64,000 nucleotides of DNA from Candidatus Latescibacterota bacterium (lineage in GTDB: Bacteria > Latescibacterota > UBA2968 > UBA8231). The notes below the pieces were generated by a model. It was given only the letters and a program-made list of their open reading frames with translations. It had not been told where the DNA came from and made no database searches. This document shows, piece by piece, positions 1 to 13,617 of the stretch (the first letter of the stretch is position 1; every line of letters begins with the position of its first letter). The stretch lies in NCBI GenBank assembly GCA_965243025.1, contig CBDETY010000003.1:1312001-1376000 (forward strand), read 5' to 3'. A program made the position numbers and the translations under genes.

Positions 1-2004
1 GGGCGCGTCATCAACAATGTCCGTCATCAGTTGGATCAAGGTCCGAGTATCCCCGGACCAAAGATCCGCGAATACACTGGCGCCGGTGTAGGTAACACGT
101 GCTCGCGAGGGGCCCCGACGTTGGGAACTGCCATCAATGGGCACCGGGTTAGACACAATAGGGACCCTTGTCCTCAACCGACGTGCGAATTCAGTCTTGG
201 AGAAGGGCGTCTTGCCGAGGACGGCTCCGAGGGTGGCGTCTTGATCGGGAACACGCGGATCAAAGGCCAGCCTTCGGGAAAACACCTCCTCGAGGAAGGA
301 TAGGCGCTCCTCATCCGAAAGAAACAGAGCTTCCTCACCCATGTCGACCAATTGGTAATCGTCTCCGTCCTGCAGCTTTTTACCGCTGGAGTCTTCAGAG
401 ACAAACGTACAAAAGGCTTCGGTCGCGATCTTGGAGAGGAAGTTTGGAGACCGTTGGAGAAACAGCCGGTTCAGAACTCGCTGCATAGAATGGGAGACTC
501 GGGGAGTGGAGAAGTCATCGACAAACAAGAGCACTGACCTGTCTCCGAACCAAGGAGAACATGACCTAACAGCGGTGACAAACCTGGTCAGCCATCCAAA
601 CTGGGCCATGTCCGCAAAGGCAGGGAAAGGCGTAAAGGCGTCATCAAGAAATGTCCACTTGATGTGCTCAACAATTGTTCGATACCGCTCCAATCGGTCC
701 TCCCCGTCGATCAAGTGGACCTCGTCTGGCGGCACTACCCATCCCTCGACCATCGCAAGGAACTCGTCTGTCACCGGTTCCTGGAGCCGGCCCGTCCGCG
801 CTGATTGGACGCCAAGCAGATCGGCCAAGACACATAGGTTGGCGTAACAGACCAACCGCTTTTCATCATCCTTCGTAGGTCTCGATGGATAGCGTGAAAA
901 CACGTCAGCTAGATCGTTGGCATTGACGTACAACGCTACGAATTGGTTCCGCATCGGGAGAGCGGTAACCTCCCCGCACTCCACCACAAGCCGTTCGCTC
1001 AGCCGTCTAAACAGCATGGTCTTACCACAGCCTCGTGGTCCGGTCACAACAGTCGGAATGTCGAGGGCCAAGATCTTGGAACGGGCGGGCACGGTAGGGA
1101 CAAATAGGCGTTCCCACCAGTTCCACCGCTCACCGATCATTTCACTCACTTGGAATTGCCCCACAGACCCCTCTTCAGTGGATGTGTGACCAGGGGCCGC
1201 AGTTTGGAGCGCCGATAGATCGTGCGCTTTCGCCTGTCGCTTCATTTCGAGAAGCGCCTGAAGGAGTTCCCGGGGGCCCCTACGCTCTGATCCTAGATCT
1301 CTCAAGAGTTTTCCCAAGTCTTGGCGAATTCTTAGCAGAATCTTTCGGTCCGTAGCAGTGGTCTTTGAGTAGTCAATATGCTCAAGGATCTTGTTGATGA
1401 TGATCGCTAATCCCTCGTAATCATCCTTGGGCAACACGGCCGCACCTGTTGCTCCGTATCCGAAGTCGGATACAAATACTGGAGCCCGCCTCTGTAGGGA
1501 GTCGTCCAGCATGGTAGCGGAGGCGTCCCCGATGAGGATGTTGCCGGGATGCAAGTCTCCATGGCGAGCAACACCCCTCTCCTGGCAGGAGTTTAGCACG
1601 TGCAAAATGCGCTCAATCACTGAGACGAGGAAGCTTGTGCTGACTTGCTCCACGCGCTGGAGGTGGGCGTTCAAGTTTTCCCCAGGTGGTATGTAATCCC
1701 ATACGGTATACTGACAAAGATGTGTCTCTCCCTGGTGGGTTATCTGTTCAGGGCCTAGTCCGTGAAAGTGAACCACATGGGGAACGAGGTTCAGCAGCAT
1801 GACCTTGTTCAATTCGACCTGCCAGCCGTTTCTCAATTCGTCAAAAATCAGTTTGATTGCCCATGGGGGGCCGGGGAATTCGGTCTGTTCTGCGCGGTAC
1901 ACATAGCCAATCTTGCCGGCTCCGATAAATTCCAGAAGCTTGTACCCATTGACTAGGTGGCCCGATAGGCTGCGTCGCCATTCGTCGGACTGCCTTCTTT
2001 GCAT
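1..2004 (-). CDS. Ser/Thr protein kinase domain fused to a P-loop (AAA+/STAND-like) NTPase; 3' partial, runs off the window
   Basis: Hand translation from ATG at 2004 gives 668 codons with no stop (MQRRQSDEWRRSLSGHLVNGYKLLEF...). Kinase motifs: IGAGKIGYVY, AIK, HGDLHPGNILI, SDFG. NTPase motifs: Walker A GPRGCGKT, Walker B LLFVDD. It is absent from the ORF track because its stop lies outside the window. Confidence 0.9.
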   Translation of the reverse strand, partial: MQRRQSDEWRRSLSGHLVNGYKLLEFIGAGKIGYVYRAEQTEFPGPPWAIKLIFDELRNGWQVELNKVMLLNLVPHVVHFHGLGPEQITHQGETHLCQYTVWDYIPPGENLNAHLQRVEQVSTSFLVSVIERILHVLNSCQERGVARHGDLHPGNILIGDASATMLDDSLQRRAPVFVSDFGYGATGAAVLPKDDYEGLAIIINKILEHIDYSKTTATDRKILLRIRQDLGKLLRDLGSERRGPRELLQALLEMKRQAKAHDLSALQTAAPGHTSTEEGSVGQFQVSEMIGERWNWWERLFVPTVPARSKILALDIPTVVTGPRGCGKTMLFRRLSERLVVECGEVTALPMRNQFVALYVNANDLADVFSRYPSRPTKDDEKRLVCYANLCVLADLLGVQSARTGRLQEPVTDEFLAMVEGWVVPPDEVHLIDGEDRLERYRTIVEHIKWTFLDDAFTPFPAFADMAQFGWLTRFVTAVRSCSPWFGDRSVLLFVDDFSTPRVSHSMQRVLNRLFLQRSPNFLSKIATEAFCTFVSEDSSGKKLQDGDDYQLVDMGEEALFLSDEERLSFLEEVFSRRLAFDPRVPDQDATLGAVLGKTPFSKTEFARRLRTRVPIVSNPVPIDGSSQRRGPSRARVTYTGASVFADLWSGDTRTLIQLMTDIVDDAP

Positions 2005-2056
2005 GGTTGCTTGAAGTTTCTCCGGGCCTGGAGTGGGGGAAGGGCTTGGGCAGGGC

Positions 2057-3208
2057 TTAGGGCTTCCTGAATACCAGGACAGTTTCGTTCTTGGTGCCCT
2101 TGCATTTGCGTCTGGAGCGGCGGATGTCGGGAATCTTGTCCTCGTAGACGTGTTCCAGATGAAATTCCTTAAGCATAGGCTCAGTGTCAAATACGGTGTG
2201 AGCGAGAGTCGCCGTGCAACTCGGTCGGCGACGTCCGCGAGTTGAGTCGCCTAGCACTAGGACTATTCGGCCACCGGGGAGCACCTTAGGCCCAATTCGG
2301 GTGCACACCTTGGTAAGGAGTGCGCTGAACGATCGTTCACGGTCGCGGGCCTGCGGGTCGTAATTGCGTGGCAATCTACGTTCATGGAACCATAGGCGTA
2401 GGCGATTGTCCCTTACGTAATGAAGCTCATTCATGTAGGGGGGGCTAGTGATTACGGTTGTGATCTCGCGGAGGGGGGGGAACAGTCGTGCGTCTGTCTC
2501 GACTACCCACCTCCGCTGAAGGAGATGGGCCGGGGGGCGGCGGTATGTTCGTCGTAGCTTCGATTGCAGCCTGTGAAGGACGTCTCGTTGTTCGTACATT
2601 TCGGGGAAAGCGTCCCTTGGGAAGTTTTTGGTGCGGAGATATGGCACAAGATGGCTACTTGGGTAAGAGAGGAATCCTGGTCGCTGATGGTGTAGGATTC
2701 CGAGTAAGCAGGCTAGGAGGAAGTCGTCGTGCCTTTGGACGCACTCGTCGCGGAAAGCAAGGGCGCTTCGGAGCGTTTCTGGATGAAAGAAGGCGCGAAC
2801 CCATTTGGGTATTCGTCGCAGATCCTGGGACATCAGACGTTGGCGAGAGCCTTCCCACACTTCCTGCAATCTGAGGTTGGCACTCTCTATGGTAGGGGGA
2901 GCGAACAACTTTGCCCGGGTAAGCAGCACAGCATATGAATTCCAGTCACCTGCAATCACTTGACGATTGCCTAGTGCTGCCTCGAGAGCTACCACCCCGC
3001 TCCCACAGAAGGGGTCAACGAGGAGGTCGCCAGGGTCTGTATAACGGTCGATGAGTGAGCGAGCCATCGACGTCTTCATTCGGCCAATATATGGTGCCAA
3101 TTGATGGAATGTACAGTCGGTGGCGAGAGTTGACTCCTTAGTCCAGATTGGGCCTTGCTTTGAGCAGGGAAGCACCGGCGTAGTGGATGTACTTGGAAAG
3201 CCTGTCAT
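2057..3208 (-). CDS. DNA methyltransferase, N4-cytosine/N6-adenine family (SPPY motif suggests m4C)
   Basis: Motif I DPFCGSG followed by catalytic motif IV TSPPY; 383 aa. Confidence 0.85.
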   Translation of the reverse strand: MTGFPSTSTTPVLPCSKQGPIWTKESTLATDCTFHQLAPYIGRMKTSMARSLIDRYTDPGDLLVDPFCGSGVVALEAALGNRQVIAGDWNSYAVLLTRAKLFAPPTIESANLRLQEVWEGSRQRLMSQDLRRIPKWVRAFFHPETLRSALAFRDECVQRHDDFLLACLLGILHHQRPGFLSYPSSHLVPYLRTKNFPRDAFPEMYEQRDVLHRLQSKLRRTYRRPPAHLLQRRWVVETDARLFPPLREITTVITSPPYMNELHYVRDNRLRLWFHERRLPRNYDPQARDRERSFSALLTKVCTRIGPKVLPGGRIVLVLGDSTRGRRRPSCTATLAHTVFDTEPMLKEFHLEHVYEDKIPDIRRSRRKCKGTKNETVLVFRKP

Positions 3209-3401
3209 AGTTTCTTGCGGCTGGTAGAATTGTGTTTGGGGGAAGTTGGGGGGAGACCAGGGCAGGGAAAGGAGGAGGAAACTTGGGGAAAGGGCGTCTC
3301 TTCTCGTTGGGCTTCTGTGATCAGAAAGGGGGCAGGTTCGTACGAGGTGAGATGCATTGCTGAGCAGGAGGCGTAGTAGATGCTCTATCGGAAAGCTCTA
3401 C

Positions 3402-4129
3402 CTACCATGCGAAGTGTAGCCCGCGCTGCCGCAGATGCTCCCGCCGGCGTTCATAGTCCGGCATGAGCCTCCCGAGGGCCTGCCAGTACTCCCGCCCGTG
3501 GCCCCGGTGGCACAGGTGCACCAACTCGTGGACCACCACATAGTCCACCAAACGCATCGGGGCCTGGATGATGCGCCAGTTCAGCCGGATGGTGCCGCCG
3601 CGGTCGCAGCTGCCCCAGCGCCTCTTTTGGTCTGAGATCACAACCCGGGGCATTTCCACGCCGGCCTTCGGGCACCACATCTCCACCCTTTCCGGCAGCC
3701 GCTCTGCGGCGTGACCCCGCAGCCACGAAACCAGCGCCGCTCGCACGTGATCCCGCTGCTCCGCTCCCGCCGGCGCCGGCACGTGCAGCCACCCGCCTCG
3801 CAGCTTCGCCTCTCCGGTGCCGCCGGAATCAACCTTCAGCCGGTAGTGCCGACCCAGGTACATCACGCTCTCCCCGCTGACGAACTCCCGCGGCGATAGC
3901 GGCACTCCGTTTGACCCCACCCCCCGAAGCCGCTGGACGATCCACCCTGCCTTCCGCTGGACGACCGCATCGAGCCGGTCGGTGCTGAAATTCTCGGGCG
4001 CGAGAAGCAACACCCCGCCCCCGGGATCCACTGTCACCGCAACGGTCTTCTTCCGCCGGGCACTGCGCCGAATAGCGTACGTCACCCTCGTATCCCCCCA
4101 GGTGATGGCCGAGGTCTCCAGGCTTCCCG

Positions 4130-4133
<4 letters not shown>
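3402..4133 (-). CDS. M48/YgjP-like zinc metallopeptidase associated with type I R-M
   Basis: RWGSC and YVVVHELVH (HExxH) motifs; overlaps the hsdR stop by 4 nt. Confidence 0.9.
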
Positions 4134-7140
<3,007 letters not shown>

Positions 7141-7144
<4 letters not shown>

Positions 7145-8305
7145 GCAGCCTTGATGTCGGGGGCGACACGGAGTTCGCCGGTGAGGAGGACGGACATAAG
7201 GGCAGACTTAGCGACCTGCACTTGATCGATATACGCCTGTTTCCTCTGGAGGACTTCGTCCAGAGACGATAGGATCGTGGAAATCTCGGTTTGCTCTGAC
7301 AAGGAAGGCACAGGGATCGGGATGCTATTGAGGTCAGCCTGATTGAGTTTCGATCGTGTCGCCGCGTTGATGAATGGGCGAACATCCCTGTGCACCAAGG
7401 AGTAGTAGAACCATGAATTGTTGAATCCGTCCTTCGTGCGTAGGACATGCGCATGGTTGTTCACCCAACACTTCCCGTCGACCATATATGCGATGGGTCG
7501 AGTTCGGTACTCATCAAAGTAACCACCGTCCTCAGCCATCAGGATGAGTGGTTCATCAAAGATCCAATCCGACACGTGGTCAACAACACCGTTCGCACCG
7601 TAGTAGGGATACGGCCCTCTCATGCTCTCCCGCTGGCTCTTGTTGAGGGGCTTTCTCCTGCGGTCAAGAACTTCAAAAACCTCCTGAACTAACTTGACCT
7701 CCCACACCTCTGGAATTTCTCCGATCTCCGTCTGCTTGAACCGCGTGTGCCGGCCCGGCAGGCCCCGCGTGAGCAGCTCCTGCATCAGGCCCCGCTTGAC
7801 GACCTGCACTTGGTCGATGACCGCCTGGGTCTTCTCGATAGCGTCGTCCACCGAGGAGAGGATGGCGGCAATCTTCCGCTGCTCCGCCGGAGAGGGAAGC
7901 GGAAGTTTCAACCCACAAAGATCAGTCTTGTTCACTGCAGCGAATGTGCTGCCCTGGGAAACGCGGACAAGGCCAGACACCATCCTCCGGAGTGCATGCC
8001 ACAAGAAGGTAGATTCGACGCCGGTCGCGGTTATTGCGGACAACCCTCTTCCAATACAAATCCGCGTGTCCGCCAAGTTCAGAGCTCCAACCGGTGCTCG
8101 AACACTCAAGAGGATGTCCCCTAGCTGAGCCTCCTTCTGCGGCTTACTGCAGTATTTTACCGGTTGCGGGGTATGAGCACCGAACTCCGCATTTCCTTGG
8201 ATAAAGGGAGGTCCATCTCCGTCTTCGTTTACGGTGCTCGACGGAGGTGACTGGCCCATGTTGACCGTGGCAACGTCACCTAGACGAACCGTTTCCCAGT
8301 CAAGG

Positions 8306-8313
<8 letters not shown>
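7141..8313 (-). CDS. hsdS: Type I R-M specificity subunit S
   Basis: Two variable TRDs separated by conserved LPLPSPAEQRKIAAILSSVD and IPVPSLSEQTEISTILSSLD helices; GEIPEVWEV central motif; lies between hsdM and hsdR. Confidence 0.95.
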
Positions 8314-10141
<1,828 letters not shown>

Positions 10142-10509
10142 CGGAATGGGTCACGGTCAGGGCGAGCGTCCGTTCTTCATGGCGGACCTTCACCCGGCTG
10201 CGGTGCCCGCAGAAGGACGGTAAGTCGTTTACTGTTTCGTGCGGTCAGGTGTCTTTGATTGAACTGGCAAAGCTAAGGTCGCAGGCCACGTCGAGACAGC
10301 GGGGGGACTCGTCGGGTCCCGTTTCAGCGTGCAGTGCAGGCGTCCGGCCTATTCCCGGGGGCAGCGGGGCTGAATGCGCTCGGGAACGATGCCGAGGCGA
10401 GTCCATTATGACCGACGACAGCTGAGAGAGCGCATGGTCTGGGAGGAAGGGAAGGGGCCGCCGTTGTCGGTGCGGATAACGCGGGGGCCGGAGGCCTCGA
10501 AACTACAGG

Positions 10510-10546
10510 CGCGATTTTCGGAAAAATCTGGTATAACATAGTAGAG
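10510..10546 (+). promoter_or_regulatory. Extended -10 promoter-like motif; inverted homologue at 27041-27076
   Basis: CGCGATTTTCGGAAAAATCTGGTATAACATAGTAGAG, containing TGnTATAAC. Confidence 0.5.
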
Positions 10547-10995
10547 CAAGACGTTTACTCCCCTCCCCGCAGGACCTGGGAACTGCACGCTTCCCTCGAT
10601 CCGAAGGACTGCATCCCACCGAATCACCGTTTCCTCCTCCGCCACCGCCGCCGCCAAGGCGTTTCCTGTTTCGATCACTCACAGACCCATCCGTCGCCGT
10701 TGTCGTTCCACCGAATCGAGGGGCTTTCCTCCGGTAGGAACTCCGCCTGGGCTTCAGGGAACAGGGAAGGTCAGTGAGGATGCCGCCGGCCAGGGCCGTC
10801 TCAAAGGGCTCGCTCCCCCTGGTCTAATGCTCATTGCAATGAAGTGAAGCAGACGCAGTTGCCACAGCCGGATCGCTGAATTCTGCAAACGGGATTCCTC
10901 CCCACATCCCGACCCTGCCGGAACCCGAATAACCTGTCAACACCTGCTGCCGGCTTTCCGCTTCAAGGCCGGGTCAGGCCCGTTCTGTGCCCTTC

Positions 10996-11013
10996 TGTCG
11001 GTGTCCACCGACA
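10996..11013. promoter_or_regulatory. Palindromic operator-like site upstream of the XRE gene
   Basis: Perfect 8-bp inverted repeat TGTCGGTG-TC-CACCGACA; variants at 11925 and 13067. Confidence 0.6.
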
Positions 11014-11040
11014 AATCAACCCCCCAACTGGAGAATTGAA

Positions 11041-11286
11041 ATGACGCAAGATCAGCTGAAAAGAGCCAGAGACGCCCTGGGAATGAAGCAATGGGAGTTG
11101 GGCCTCGCCCTGGGAGTCAGTGAGGCCGAAGTGTGCCTGTGGGAGAAGGGAAAGCGAACGATGCCGGAACGGTATCTCCGGCTCATGGGAGCGATCATCC
11201 ACCATCAGGAGCGGGGCTTGATCCTGTCCTACAAGGCATTCAATCCACCAAAAAAGGAGCAAGAAAATGGGAACCACCGTCTGTGA
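11041..11286 (+). CDS. XRE/Cro-family HTH transcriptional regulator
   Basis: LKRARDALGMKQWELGLALGVSEAEVCLWEKGKR pattern; GGAG RBS before ATG 11041. Confidence 0.85.
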   Translation: MTQDQLKRARDALGMKQWELGLALGVSEAEVCLWEKGKRTMPERYLRLMGAIIHHQERGLILSYKAFNPPKKEQENGNHRL

Positions 11287-11488
11287 TATCTGCAACGGGG
11301 TCGTATCCGAAGACGATTTGCGCGGGGAGCTCAAGGTCGGAACGGCCAGCATGATGGCCGAGGGGAGAAAGTTCGATGTCTGCATCGAGTGCGTGCACGG
11401 CCTTACCAAGTCCTCCCGGAAAACGGTGGCTTCGCCCTTCCGGATCTTCGTGGACGAGGAGGGCAGAATCCGGGACACGAGGGAGTAA
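11267..11488 (+). CDS. Small hypothetical protein with two CxxC motifs
   Basis: CDIC...CIEC; AGGAG RBS; TAATG coupling to the next ORF. Confidence 0.65.
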   Translation: MGTTVCDICNGVVSEDDLRGELKVGTASMMAEGRKFDVCIECVHGLTKSSRKTVASPFRIFVDEEGRIRDTRE

Positions 11489-11643
11489 TGGTTTTCAAGC
11501 CGGTCTGCTGCGTATGCGGCCAGGAAATCAGACCCTGGCACCTGTTCTACAGGCCCACCCCCGGCGAGCACATCTGCATCCCCTGCAGCGAGAAGGAAGC
11601 TCCCGATGAGGAACAGAGATCAGCCGACGATGATGACGGATAG
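11488..11643 (+). CDS. Small Zn-finger-like protein with acidic tail
   Basis: MVFKPVCCVCGQEI...HICIPC, ending DEEQRSADDDDG; start overlaps the upstream TAA. Confidence 0.6.
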   Translation: MVFKPVCCVCGQEIRPWHLFYRPTPGEHICIPCSEKEAPDEEQRSADDDDG

Positions 11644-11924
11644 TTTGTGGCAGGGGGGATCGAGCAGGCTGGAAGGCAATGGGCCGGAGTCTCCTGTCCG
11701 TCCATTGAGCTATGCCCCCCGAGCGTAGTCTCTTGAGCCGGAAAGAGAGCATTCCCGCATTTTGCCGATTTCGTCCAGCCCGGCCTTCGGTACCCTCTGC
11801 CACTTCTCTCAACCTCACCAGACAGGCGCAGGGCAGCCGCCCCGTCATCCCGGCACCCTCCCGGATCAGCTTTTTCAGCCTGGCTCCATGCTCCCCATCA
11901 ACAGAACGAACCCCTTCAATGAAC

Positions 11925-11943
11925 TGTTGGTAAACCACCGACA
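11925..11943. promoter_or_regulatory. Operator-like palindrome, copy 2
   Basis: TGTTGGTA-AAC-CACCGACA directly before the RBS of ORF 11956. Confidence 0.5.
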
Positions 11944-11955
11944 AAGGAGAAAACC

Positions 11956-12165
11956 ATGTCCGACGAAGTGGATCTACCCAGGTGGGTCATCCGCCGATAT
12001 GCGGTGGTCAAGGAGGGTAAGGTTGACCGGTTTGAAACCCTTCCCGAAGCAACCGCACACCGCCAGAAGCACGGAGGGGAAGTTCGCGAGCTCGTGTTCC
12101 GTCTGTCCGAGGTCAAGACCCTATCCCAAAGGGTCGAGGGGTGGGTACGGGCTGATGGAGAGTGA
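11956..12165 (+). CDS. Hypothetical protein, paralogue A
   Basis: AGGAG RBS; protein closely similar to 12757-13005 with mostly synonymous DNA differences. Confidence 0.8.
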   Translation: MSDEVDLPRWVIRRYAVVKEGKVDRFETLPEATAHRQKHGGEVRELVFRLSEVKTLSQRVEGWVRADGE

Positions 12166-12246
12166 CAGGACAGGCCGACACCCCATTGCTCTCCACAAGC
12201 TCGCACTAATACGCAAATCCCCCTTTCCGGAAAAGGAAACCAGTCC

Positions 12247-12519
12247 ATGAACCAGAAAACGAGAAACAAAATCGAATCCGTATATCAGGACGTGGCCTTC
12301 GAGAAGGTTCACCTGATGGCGGACGTAGATCCAGCCTGTATTGCCATCTTCTTCCGGCACCCCGAGATGGGAGGGATCGCCCTCCCGGTGTCGGCAGTGC
12401 AGGCTATATGCCTCACCTTCGCACTGCTGGAGTTGTTCGGAGAATCGGAGGGTATCATGGATCCGTATCTGGACATCGCCCTGGAGGAGATCAGGAAAAT
12501 GGCGGTGAAGAAAGGATGA
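12247..12519 (+). CDS. Hypothetical protein
   Basis: AAGGA RBS; ATGA overlap with the SWIB gene. Confidence 0.65.
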   Translation: MNQKTRNKIESVYQDVAFEKVHLMADVDPACIAIFFRHPEMGGIALPVSAVQAICLTFALLELFGESEGIMDPYLDIALEEIRKMAVKKG

Positions 12520-12764
12520 CAGAACTATACCAGCCTTCCCCGGCCCTAGCAGCGATTGTCGGAGACACTCCGTTGTCCTGGGTGAAAATCATCGAGTTGG
12601 TAGGGGATCATATCAAGGAAAACAACCTGGAGGCGGAGCCGCTATACATCCATACGGATGCCGCTCTCCGCGCCCTGGTGGACCGGGACACGGTGTCTGC
12701 GAAGGAGCTGACCGAGGTCCTGAAGAATCACATAACCCCACAGGAAGGAATGCCGGATGGCTGA
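12516..12764 (+). CDS. Stand-alone SWIB/MDM2-domain protein
   Basis: PSPALAAIVGDTPLS...HIKENNL...IHTDAALRAL...ELTEVLKNHI resembles the SWIB consensus. Confidence 0.75.
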   Translation: MTELYQPSPALAAIVGDTPLSWVKIIELVGDHIKENNLEAEPLYIHTDAALRALVDRDTVSAKELTEVLKNHITPQEGMPDG

Positions 12765-13005
12765 CACGGAACGTCGATGCAGCAGTTCCGTTGAGGAAGC
12801 GGATTTCCCCCGGTGGGTGATCCGTCGATGGGCAGTCGTGAAAGACGGCAAGGTGAGCCGCTTCGAAACGCTGCCGGAGGCCACCCGGCACCGCCAGGAC
12901 CATGGCGGCGAAGTCCGGGAGCTGGAATTCAGGCTGGCAAGTGTCAAGACGGTCCCCCAGGGCTACCAGCCCAACCAGGGCTGGACCAGGGCGGATGGAG
13001 AATAG
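12757..13005 (+). CDS. Hypothetical protein, paralogue B
   Basis: PRWVIRRWAVVKDGKVSRFETLPEAT...GGEVREL...RADGE, matching 11956-12165. Confidence 0.8.
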   Translation: MADTERRCSSSVEEADFPRWVIRRWAVVKDGKVSRFETLPEATRHRQDHGGEVRELEFRLASVKTVPQGYQPNQGWTRADGE

Positions 13006-13034
13006 TCCTGCAGTCCATCTCTCCTCCCCCTTTT

Positions 13035-13070
13035 CCCCTGTCGGCTTCGTGCCGGCAGGGGGTTTTTGTT
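13035..13070 (+). terminator. Intrinsic terminator
   Basis: CCCCTGTCGGC-TTCGT-GCCGGCAGGGG stem-loop followed by TTTTTGTT. Confidence 0.8.
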
Positions 13071-13084
13071 GGTGTTCACCGAGC
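13067..13084. promoter_or_regulatory. Operator-like palindrome, copy 3, upstream of radC
   Basis: TGTTGGTG-TT-CACCGAGC. Confidence 0.5.
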
Positions 13085-13137
13085 GAAGACGGACGAAGTC
13101 ATCACCCCCCGACAGAACAGTACCAGAAAGGACCCCC

Positions 13138-13575
13138 ATGAAACTCGAAGTCGTAGAACGCAAGGTGCGGCAGATCTGGCAGGACGTATGCTCGGAGCCG
13201 CTCACCAGTCCCGACGAGGTGCTCGCCTACCTGGATACCCTCGACATAGCCTCAGCCGACAGGGAGGTATTCATCGTCCTCCACCTCGACACGCGCAATC
13301 GCGTAGTCGCACATGAGACGACCTCCATCGGCAGTCAGAACGCTTCCCTTGTCCATCCCCGAGAGGTGTTCAAGGCAGCGATCCTCAAGGGAGCAACCAG
13401 CATCATTCTGGCGCACAATCACCCCTCCGGGGATCCGGCGCCCTCCAAGGAAGACATCGATCTCACCCACCGTCTTGCCGAGGCCGGCGGCCTGATGGGG
13501 ATTCAGGTGCTCGATCATGTCGTCGTCGCTCCTCCTGGCGAAAGCGTGTCCATGAAGGAGCTCGGGATCGTATAG
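13138..13575 (+). CDS. radC: RadC-like JAB-domain protein (short form typical of mobile elements)
   Basis: REVFIVLHLD, VHPREVFK, AHNHPSGDPAPSKEDI, VLDHVVV. Confidence 0.92.
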   Translation: MKLEVVERKVRQIWQDVCSEPLTSPDEVLAYLDTLDIASADREVFIVLHLDTRNRVVAHETTSIGSQNASLVHPREVFKAAILKGATSIILAHNHPSGDPAPSKEDIDLTHRLAEAGGLMGIQVLDHVVVAPPGESVSMKELGIV

Positions 13576-13617
13576 AGGAAGGACCCCGTTCTTCCATCTC
13601 ACTCAGGAAAGGAACTC

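Noticed and set aside
1783-1790. GAACGAGG matching the predicted target duplication
   Set aside because: It lies inside the intact kinase ORF with no adjacent terminal repeat, so it is a chance match.
31-1956. Short plus-strand ORFs in the track
   Set aside because: They are antisense to the kinase-ATPase ORF and carry no motifs.
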